Below, in pieces: positions 43,910 to 53,471 of a stretch of 64,000 nucleotides of DNA. Below the pieces are notes generated by a model. It searched no databases, was not told the DNA's origin, and saw only the letters and a program-made list of their open reading frames with translations. The stretch comes from Deltaproteobacteria bacterium (GTDB lineage: Bacteria; Desulfobacterota; Binatia; UBA12015): NCBI GenBank assembly GCA_046583355.1, contig JAYGCM010000087.1:46988-110987 (forward strand), written 5' to 3'. Each line of letters opens with the position of its first letter. Position 1 is the first letter of the stretch. The position numbers were made by a program, and so were the translations under genes.

Positions 43910-44812
43910 TCAGCGGACGTGTACCCGAAAGTTGGCGGCCATGGTTGCGCCGGCCTCGAGGACGACGACGCCCGAGCCGTCGATGCCGTCCGCAAGGAGG
44001 TTGAAGCCGTTATTCGCGTTGCTCACGGGTTCGAGCGCGAAGAAACTCTCGCCGGGAGGCGTGAAGAGGACCATATGGCGTAAAGGTTTATCGCAATCGA
44101 TCGCGGCCGTGACGCCGCTGCCGGGCCAATGCAGCTCGGCGTGGCCGTCCCAGCCGGTAAAGCAGGTGTCAAAACCGGCGCTTGGCAGAGCGCGCCGCTC
44201 AGTGAAATCTTGTTCGGGCACAAGCGGCCGGGCGGCCTCCTGTGGTGCCAGGCTCGTGTAGGCGCCCGTGGTCCGCATTTGCAACTCGACCTTTTCGTTC
44301 GGGTCCAGCAGGGTGCGTTCGTAATAAGGGTGGAAGCCGAAGCCGGCGGGCATCGGCCCGGTGCCGCGGTTCATGAGTTCGATTCGCGCGGTCATGGTGT
44401 CGGCGTGCACGGTGTAGGTCAGCGTGGCCGCAAAGGGGAAGGGGAAGCCTGGGTCGGGAAGGGCCGCCGAGTCAAAACCAAGGCGGATCTTCTCGTCGCT
44501 GCATGCGACGACCTCCCAGGGTTGCTGGCGCACGCAGCCGTGGATCGCGTAGCCGCCTGTGAAATTGGCCTCGAGCTGCCAGGTCTTGCCAGCAAAATGA
44601 AAGCGGGCATCGGTCAGTCGGTTCGAGAAGGGCGCCAGCACGAACGCCGCCATGGCTGAGGAGTCGAGCTGGGCAATCGCCTCGCGTGGGGTCGCGCGCA
44701 TCAGCGGGACCCAGCGCCCCTCGCGCCGGATCGCCAGCGTGACGATGCTCGCCCCGGCCTCCGGCAGCACCTCCAAGCGTAGAGCGTCATTCTGCAATCG
44801 TAGCAATGGCAT
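43910..44812 (-). CDS. aldose 1-epimerase (galactose-mutarotase-like) family protein
   Basis: [26 protein letters not shown]...[18 protein letters not shown]...GFHPYYE...[12 protein letters not shown] matches the mutarotase fold. Candidate catalytic residues are His near position 85, Asp and Glu. ATG at 44812 has a GAGGGGAGAG Shine-Dalgarno. Directly upstream of hpnG. Confidence 0.75.
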   Translation of the reverse strand: MPLLRLQNDALRLEVLPEAGASIVTLAIRREGRWVPLMRATPREAIAQLDSSAMAAFVLAPFSNRLTDARFHFAGKTWQLEANFTGGYAIHGCVRQQPWEVVACSDEKIRLGFDSAALPDPGFPFPFAATLTYTVHADTMTARIELMNRGTGPMPAGFGFHPYYERTLLDPNEKVELQMRTTGAYTSLAPQEAARPLVPEQDFTERRALPSAGFDTCFTGWDGHAELHWPGSGVTAAIDCDKPLRHMVLFTPPGESFFALEPVSNANNGFNLLADGIDGSGVVVLEAGATMAANFRVHVR

Positions 44813-44845
44813 CGTCTTGTCTCTCCCCTCGGACCGGAGCGCATC

Positions 44846-47140
<2,295 letters not shown>

Positions 47141-47175
47141 CTAACGTACGGCGCGCGCCGTGTTAGAAACCGAAC

Positions 47176-49161
47176 ATGGAACTGCGGGATATCGTCGTGC
47201 TCCTCGCTGCTTCGATCCCGATCGTTTTTGCCTGCCACCGTGTAGGCATTCCGAGTCTGGTGGGATTCTTGTTGGCCGGGATTCTTCTCGGGCCAGGCGG
47301 GCTGAGTGTCATTGCCGATGCCGCCTTCATCAACAGCCTCGGTCATCTCGGTGCGGTCCTGCTGCTTTTCGTGATCGGCCTGGAGCTCTCGGTCGGCGAG
47401 TTGGCGCGTTTGGGCGGGCGGGTCTTTCTTGCGGGATTCGCACAGATTCTCTTGATGGGGGGGCTCGCCGTAGGCGTCGCCTTTGCCTTTGGCTGGACGC
47501 TGAACCCGGCCTTGATGATCGCCTTTGTGCTGGTCCATTCCAGTACCGTCGTCGCACTCAAACTTTTCGCCGACCGCGGCCAACTCGATGCGCCGCAAGG
47601 CCGTGTCGCGACCGGAATTCTCGTTCTACAGGACCTCGCGGTCGTCCCGATGGTTTTGCTGATTCCGCTGCTCGCGGAAGGCGGTACGATCCAGCCTGCG
47701 GCGATTGCCTTTGAACTCGGCAAATCCCTCGTCCTGGTCGTGGGAATCGTTGTGCTGGCGCGCCTCGTTTTACCGGTGCTGCTTCGCCAGACAGCGAAAC
47801 TCGGCGTGCGCGAACTCTTCACGGTTACGGTCGTGGTCGTCTGCCTCGGCACCGCCTGGCTCGCCGGCTCCTTTCATCTCTCGTTGGAGATCGGCGCACT
47901 GATTGCCGGCCTGGTTCTCTCGGACTCCGAATACTCCCATCAGGTCTTCGCCGAGATGGCCGCGATGCGCGATCTCTTCGCCAGCCTCTTCTTCATCTCG
48001 ATCGGTATGCACCTGAGCTACGAATTTCTCTTATCGCATGCTCTTGAGGTGCTGCTCGGCGCGGCGGCGCTGATGATCCTGAAGACATTGATTTTCACGC
48101 TTCTCCTTCTTCCCGTTTTGCATTCCGTCCGGCTCGCCTTGGTGCTGGGCGTCGGCCTCTCGCAGCTGGGTGAGTTGGCGATCGTGCTCCTCGGTATCGC
48201 CGCTCCGCACGGGATTCTTTCTCCCGAGACGCATGAGATGTTGATCGGCATCTCGGTGGTGACCTTCGGCGTCTCGCCACTTCTATTGGGGCCGGCCGAG
48301 CGCTTCGGGCTTTGGTGGCAGCGCCGCGAGGGCAAGGCCCTGGCGAGCTTCGATGCGGACAAGGAGATCTCCGGGCATGTGGTCATTCTCGGCTATGGGC
48401 TCAACGGCCGAAACCTGGCGCGTGTATTGCGCGAAACGGGCGTTCCCTTCCGCGTCGCGGCGATGAATCCGGTCCGGATCGCCGAGGCGCGCGCGCGTGG
48501 CGAAGAGATCGTCTATGGGGATGCGACCAGCCGCGAGGTCCTCGAACGGCTCGGTGTTCCACAAGCAGCGATTGTTGTCATTGCCATCTCCGATTCGGTT
48601 GCGACGCAACGCGCCACCGGGTTGGTGCGCGAGTTGAACCCGCAGAGCGTGCTGATCGTACGGACGCGCACCGTCGCCGAGATCGAACGCCTCCGCGAAC
48701 TCGGCGCCGATGATGTGATTCCCGAAGAATTCGAGACCTCGGTCGAGATCTTCGCGCGTGTATTGCGTCGCCTGCATCTGCCGCGCAATGTGATCGACCT
48801 GCAGGTCTCGCTGATTCGCCGCGATGGCTATGAGATGTTGCGTGGTCTCGAATTGCCGCGCCAGAGCCTGCGCGATGTACAACATCTGCTGGCCGCGGCA
48901 CTCACGGAAACCTATCTCCTCGAGCCGGGGAGTGCGGCGGTGGCCTGTGCCATCCGCGACCTCCGACTGCGCCACGAGACGGGCGTCACGATCATTGCCG
49001 TGGTGCGTGACGGGCACTCAACGGCCAACCCTGGGGTTTCCTTTGTGCTCGAGGCGGGCGATATTCTGGTTCTGCTCGGCAACCATGCGGCTTTGGAGAA
49101 GGCCTATGAGCGCTTGGCTCCGCCCCCGCTCACAGAAGCCGACACCGCTACCCCGGCTTGA
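47176..49161 (+). CDS. CPA2-family monovalent cation:proton antiporter (Kef-type) with RCK_N and TrkA_C domains
   Basis: 12-13 TM helices in the N-terminal 400 aa. RCK/TrkA-N Rossmann motif VVILGYGLNGRNLARVL. C-terminal TrkA-C domain. Confidence 0.85.
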   Translation: MELRDIVVLLAASIPIVFACHRVGIPSLVGFLLAGILLGPGGLSVIADAAFINSLGHLGAVLLLFVIGLELSVGELARLGGRVFLAGFAQILLMGGLAVGVAFAFGWTLNPALMIAFVLVHSSTVVALKLFADRGQLDAPQGRVATGILVLQDLAVVPMVLLIPLLAEGGTIQPAAIAFELGKSLVLVVGIVVLARLVLPVLLRQTAKLGVRELFTVTVVVVCLGTAWLAGSFHLSLEIGALIAGLVLSDSEYSHQVFAEMAAMRDLFASLFFISIGMHLSYEFLLSHALEVLLGAAALMILKTLIFTLLLLPVLHSVRLALVLGVGLSQLGELAIVLLGIAAPHGILSPETHEMLIGISVVTFGVSPLLLGPAERFGLWWQRREGKALASFDADKEISGHVVILGYGLNGRNLARVLRETGVPFRVAAMNPVRIAEARARGEEIVYGDATSREVLERLGVPQAAIVVIAISDSVATQRATGLVRELNPQSVLIVRTRTVAEIERLRELGADDVIPEEFETSVEIFARVLRRLHLPRNVIDLQVSLIRRDGYEMLRGLELPRQSLRDVQHLLAAALTETYLLEPGSAAVACAIRDLRLRHETGVTIIAVVRDGHSTANPGVSFVLEAGDILVLLGNHAALEKAYERLAPPPLTEADTATPA

Positions 49162-50096
49162 TCCAATCGCTGCAATTGGCTGACGAAAAATTCGCTGAAA
49201 CGCTCGCCCTCGACGCTACGCGCGCAGCGGATTTTGCGGCCGCGGGCATCTTCGAGGGTACGGAAGATGCCGTCGCGCCAGGCTGGCAGAATGTGCAGGT
49301 CTTCGAAGGTGCAAAACGACTCATCGACCGCAGCGACCAGTGCGAGCGGGTCGTGCAGGAAAGCGGCGTTGCCGCCTAGCGAACCGATATGCCGCTCAAA
49401 GAGGGCACGTTGTATGGGCGACCAGAGGTCGAGTGCACGCACGATCGCGTCCAGGGCCGGGCCGGGAGTCGAAGCCAATCGGTCGCGTCCGGCAACCGAA
49501 AGCCAGGTGCGCATGGTGACGTCGGCGGTAACCAGCCGGGTTGGAATGTCAGCGCGCAGGACGATCTCGGTGGCCTCGGGGTCGGAGCAGAGATTGTAGT
49601 CGATACCGAAGGGAAAGCTCTTCTCGCCGAAGCGGATCTCGCTCAGATGCCCGCCCATGATTGTCAATTGCGGGATTTTGGCGGCCGTCTCGGGCTGGTC
49701 CCGGATCAGTCGGGCGATATTCGTAAGTGGGCCGATCGCCACGATTTCGGCATCGGGATGCTCGCCGAGTAGGCGAGTCAGCGCTACAACGGCTTCTTCG
49801 TCCTGCGTCGCCAGGGCCTCGCCTGCTTGCAGGATGCCATCGCCTTCGGCGCCATGCGCAAAGAAGACGTTCTTGCCGCCCAGCGGCTCGCGGCTGCCTG
49901 TGAAGACGGGAATATCGGGTCGCCCGGCCAGGTCCAGCAATTTGCGCGTGATCCGACTGCGGCAAGGGGTGTCGCCGGCAACCGTCGTGACCCCGATGAG
50001 ATCGATTGCCGGCATCGTGAGCGCGAGTCCGAGGCAGAGTGCGTCGTCGACATCGCTGCCCATATCGGTGTCGAGTATGATTTTGGTTCTCTTCAG
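49104..50096 (-). CDS. inosine-uridine-preferring-type nucleoside hydrolase (IU-NH family)
   Basis: The Ca-binding N-terminal motif reads ...KIILDTDMGSDVDDALCLGLAL (consensus DTDPGIDDA). The only in-frame ATG (50063) lies inside this motif, so the real start is probably non-ATG (CTG at 50096 or ATC at 50081) overlapping the upstream kinase stop TGA at 50093-50095. 58-nt convergent overlap with the Kef gene. Confidence 0.75.
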   Translation of the reverse strand: MKRTKIILDTDMGSDVDDALCLGLALTMPAIDLIGVTTVAGDTPCRSRITRKLLDLAGRPDIPVFTGSREPLGGKNVFFAHGAEGDGILQAGEALATQDEEAVVALTRLLGEHPDAEIVAIGPLTNIARLIRDQPETAAKIPQLTIMGGHLSEIRFGEKSFPFGIDYNLCSDPEATEIVLRADIPTRLVTADVTMRTWLSVAGRDRLASTPGPALDAIVRALDLWSPIQRALFERHIGSLGGNAAFLHDPLALVAAVDESFCTFEDLHILPAWRDGIFRTLEDARGRKIRCARSVEGERFSEFFVSQLQRLDQAGVAVSASVSGGGAKRS

Positions 50097-51151
50097 GTGA
50101 TTTCCAGCGCTTCGGGGCTCGCGGGCGGATGGTCCAGCCAGCCACGTGCCGTGTCAATGGCGGTGAGCGATGCCGGTACTTCGCTGGTCGCCGCGACGCG
50201 CGCCGCGCCGATCGTGCGCCGCAGCATTTCGATGGCTGCCAGACCGGCGACCTCGTCGAACGCCGGTACCTGGTCGGCTGGCTGTGCGGCGGAATAGGCA
50301 TCCCAGAGCGCGCGGGCGCGCAAGCGAAGAAGCGTATCGTCGGCGCGCGCGATCCCCGCCAAGGCGAGATGGCCGAGAAGGTTCCCGGGGTCGAAGGCGG
50401 GATTTCCGATATGGGCGATTTCGGCGTCGAGAAGTTTCGGCCCGGTCTTCGTCAAGAGGATATTGCCCGGTTGGGGGTCAGCGTGAAGAAGAACTTCGTG
50501 GTTCTCGCGGCAACGCCTGGCGATTGCCGCGATACGCGCCAGGAGCTTGGCGTCGCCGCGCAGGATACGAGCTGCCTCGCGAACGGGCTCGGGCAGCGGA
50601 AAATCGTTTTCGGCAAAAGGCAGGTCGAAGATATGGGTGAAATGCAGCTCGCGCATCTCTTGGTTGGCGAAGCGCGTGTGCAGCGAACCATCGCCACGGG
50701 TCACGTTATGGACGCGACCGAGCAGGGCGCCGATCTTCGCAAGTGCGGGATTGAGGTCGGTTTCGCGGCCGAGTTCGTCATCGAGACGCGGGACCTCGCC
50801 CAGATCCTCCAGCACCAGGACGCGTGCTTCTGCGCAAAAATCGAGCACCTGGGGACAACATCCGTCGACATCGAGCGGACGTGCGAGTTCGAGCCAGGCG
50901 GATTCAATGAGAATCCGTTTCGTATCCACGCGGTATTCGGGAAAGCGTTCCAGCTGTTCCCGAGCCTGTTTGAGGATGAAGCTGCGGCCATCGGCACAGC
51001 GCACGCGCCGGACCCAATTGATATTGCCGTCGCCGGCCGGCTCGAGCGTGGCCTGCTCCGTGGCCCCCAGCAGGCCGCGTTCGCGCAGATGGTCGATCGC
51101 CGAAAGTTCGTCCAGCGGCCGTCTTCGCTTCTCTTCTTGCGTTAGCGACAC
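50093..51151 (-). CDS. aminoglycoside-phosphotransferase-fold (APH/MtnK-like) small-molecule kinase
   Basis: GTG at 51151 gives VSLTQEEKRRRPLDELSAIDHLRERGLLG.... Brenner catalytic motif HADPQPGNIL, Mg-binding D in LLDAE, and Gly-rich NINWVRRV. The 150-aa Ala/Ser-rich N-terminal extension in the ORF track is rejected. Confidence 0.65.
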   Translation of the reverse strand: MSLTQEEKRRRPLDELSAIDHLRERGLLGATEQATLEPAGDGNINWVRRVRCADGRSFILKQAREQLERFPEYRVDTKRILIESAWLELARPLDVDGCCPQVLDFCAEARVLVLEDLGEVPRLDDELGRETDLNPALAKIGALLGRVHNVTRGDGSLHTRFANQEMRELHFTHIFDLPFAENDFPLPEPVREAARILRGDAKLLARIAAIARRCRENHEVLLHADPQPGNILLTKTGPKLLDAEIAHIGNPAFDPGNLLGHLALAGIARADDTLLRLRARALWDAYSAAQPADQVPAFDEVAGLAAIEMLRRTIGAARVAATSEVPASLTAIDTARGWLDHPPASPEALEIT

Positions 51152-51176
51152 TGGTCGAGCTTCGCGCGTGCCGCCG

Positions 51177-53471
51177 ATGGATGCAAGACTGCGCGGCGTG
51201 CGGGAAGAGCAGGAGAATTCGGGCGTTCGCGTCCTGGTGGTGGGCGATCCTGCGGCGCTCGAACGTGACCTGGCCGACCAGGTGGCCAAGGCATGCGGCG
51301 TGACCTCGGCAAGCGAGTGCGGGCTGGAAGCTCTGGTGGTGGCGACGGCCGAGGAATTCGTGTTGGTCGCGTCGGCTTCGGCGCGCTGGGCGCCCGCGGC
51401 TCTGGCGGCCGCGGTGGCGGCTCTGCAGGCTAGACCGACCGCGGCGGCCGCCGTGCTGGCATGCGAGTTTGCCGAAGGTGGAGAGGCGGCGGCGGCCGAC
51501 GCGGCCGTTGTGCATGCGGATGTCGCGGCATTGCTGCTTGCGGCGGCGGCCGGCAAAGGGCCTCTGCCGGAGCAGCTGCTTTTTCGCCGCACGGCACTTG
51601 CCGATGCCTTCGGTCCCCGCGGCGGGCGCACCTTCGGCACAGCCGCCCTGGCGGTGCTGGCTCGTCATGAGGTGGTCTTCCTTGCCGAGGGGCTGGTGCG
51701 CAGCTTGTCCAGCGGTAGCCGCCTCTTGATGGGCGAAGAATTTCTCGATAGCGCGCTTCTTGAGGATTTCTGCTTCCGTCTCGGCGGTGGTGCCTGGGCC
51801 TCGCCCGCAGCGCGCCTGCAGGCGCGCGCCAGGATCGAGGCGGCGCTCGCCAGAAGGGCAAGCGATCTGCGAATCCCGCCGATCTCCGATGTGAGCGCTA
51901 CGCGGCGCGGTGCCTTGCCTCTGGCCGCCGTCGCGCCGATTCCGGGCGGGGATTTCGCGGCTGTCCCGGTGCCGAGCGCCGCTGAGCTGTGTGCCGCGCG
52001 TGCGGCCCGCCGTCTTGCCCTGAAGCAATACGAGCAGGCCGCGCGCCCAGGCACGGACGCACGCCAGGCTGCCGCAGATCCGCCGCTGGCCTCCGCCACG
52101 ATCGACCCGGCGTCTTCTAAGCCGCTTCGGGTGGCCTTGATGGTCTCGCGTCTCGACAGGGGTGGCCTGGAGAGCGTGGTTCGAGATCTCGCCATCGGCT
52201 TTCCGGCACAGGGCTGCGTACCCTTTTTGATCTGCGAGAAGGGTGGTGGCCGCGTGGCCGAGAGCTTGCGAGCAGCAGGTGTTGCGGTTTTCTGTCTCGG
52301 TGAGAACGATCCGGTGGGCGAATTGGCGGTGCTCCTCGACGATCTCGAGATTGACGTATTGGCGACGCATGATGCCTGGTCCGGCGTTCCGGTGGCGGTG
52401 GCGCGGGATATTCCCGTGGTGGCCGTATTGCATAATGAATACGGCTGGCTGGGTGCGGGCAAGGACGATCCGATGGCGGCGCTGGGCCCGCTGATCAGTG
52501 GCTATATCGCCGTCAGCGAGAGTGTGCGAGCTTTCCATGCCGCGCGCTTCGGCGTTATGGCCGCGAGCATCGCCGTGGTTCGTAACGCGCCGTCGCCACG
52601 TGTTGGCCAGGACGCGCGGCTGCCGCGCGCCCAGGCTAGAGCCGAATTGGCGCTCGATGATGGCGACACGATTCTCCTCAGTATCGGTCGGATCGAGCCT
52701 GTCAAAAATCAGATTTTGTTGGTCGAGGCGTTCGCACGCCGTCAGGCGGCCGGTTTGCGGGGGCGCCTGCTGCTGGTCGGAGAGGTTGCCGATTCTCTCT
52801 ACGCCGCACGCTTGCACGCTCGCATTGCGGCGCTGGGCCTTGGCCCCGTCGTGCAGATCCTGGGCGTGCGCGGCGATATCGCGCGTCTGCTGTCCGCCGC
52901 GGACCTCTTTGTGCTGCCATCGCTTTTCGAGGGACTGAGCTTGGCGGCCGCCGAGGCCCTACAGGCGGGCGTGCCCGCCGTGCTCGGCCCCACAGGGGAT
53001 GCGGATTTCCTACTTGGCCTGGAGGACGGCGCCGCGCCTGCCGGAATCCGCATCGAGCGCCCCGCAGCCGATCCGCATCGTGCGGACCTGGGCGCATTGC
53101 TTGGCCGGGCGGCCTGCCCGGACGAAGACGAGATTCGGGCATTGGACGATGCCTTGGCGGGTGCCTTGGCTGGATTGCCCGGCCTCAAGCTTGCCGCTGT
53201 AGCGCGCGCCGGGGTGCTGGCCGAGATGCTGGATCCCATGCGCCCGATTCGTGAGCATGCAGCACGGTTGCTTGCCGCGGCGGCCATGCATGCCCCGTCG
53301 CATCTGCCGGCGGCACAGGCCGCAAGGCTGGCGGCTCGGGCTGGCTCGTCGGGGGGCCGTGGTGGCGGGGGCACGGACGGCGGTGGGACGGATCGGCCCG
53401 ATGCTCTTGGTCTCTCGCGGCGGCTCAAGAAGCGCGTCGGGAGGCTGTGGCGGCGTCTACGGCCTGCATGA
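51177..53471 (+). CDS. large glycosyltransferase: about 320-aa Ala-rich N-terminal region fused to a GT4 (GT-B) domain and a C-terminal extension
   Basis: The GT4 core starts at LRVALMVSRLDRGGLESV (about 52140). It includes ...SIGRIEPVKNQILLVEAF..., EX7E-like LFVLPSLFEGLSLAAAEALQAGVPAV. The upstream 320 aa (from ATG 51177) have no stop separating them, but an internal start cannot be excluded. Confidence 0.6.
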   Translation: MDARLRGVREEQENSGVRVLVVGDPAALERDLADQVAKACGVTSASECGLEALVVATAEEFVLVASASARWAPAALAAAVAALQARPTAAAAVLACEFAEGGEAAAADAAVVHADVAALLLAAAAGKGPLPEQLLFRRTALADAFGPRGGRTFGTAALAVLARHEVVFLAEGLVRSLSSGSRLLMGEEFLDSALLEDFCFRLGGGAWASPAARLQARARIEAALARRASDLRIPPISDVSATRRGALPLAAVAPIPGGDFAAVPVPSAAELCAARAARRLALKQYEQAARPGTDARQAAADPPLASATIDPASSKPLRVALMVSRLDRGGLESVVRDLAIGFPAQGCVPFLICEKGGGRVAESLRAAGVAVFCLGENDPVGELAVLLDDLEIDVLATHDAWSGVPVAVARDIPVVAVLHNEYGWLGAGKDDPMAALGPLISGYIAVSESVRAFHAARFGVMAASIAVVRNAPSPRVGQDARLPRAQARAELALDDGDTILLSIGRIEPVKNQILLVEAFARRQAAGLRGRLLLVGEVADSLYAARLHARIAALGLGPVVQILGVRGDIARLLSAADLFVLPSLFEGLSLAAAEALQAGVPAVLGPTGDADFLLGLEDGAAPAGIRIERPAADPHRADLGALLGRAACPDEDEIRALDDALAGALAGLPGLKLAAVARAGVLAEMLDPMRPIREHAARLLAAAAMHAPSHLPAAQAARLAARAGSSGGRGGGGTDGGGTDRPDALGLSRRLKKRVGRLWRRLRPA

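Noticed and set aside
43096-43995. 300-aa N-terminal extension of the hpnH ORF (42058..43995)
   Set aside because: The extension is antisense or out-of-frame over hpnG and Arg/Pro-rich. hpnH homologs begin at the MRFPLH...KRYPIVLMLEPLYTCNLAC region, and a GAGGAGGAG Shine-Dalgarno precedes the ATG at 43095.
50547-51176. 210-aa N-terminal extension of the large GT gene (ORF track 50547..53471), and the 150-aa extension of the APH-like kinase (51152..51640)
   Set aside because: Each extension is antisense to the other gene and Ser/Arg/Ala-rich low complexity. Internal starts (ATG 51177; GTG 51151) precede the recognisable domains.
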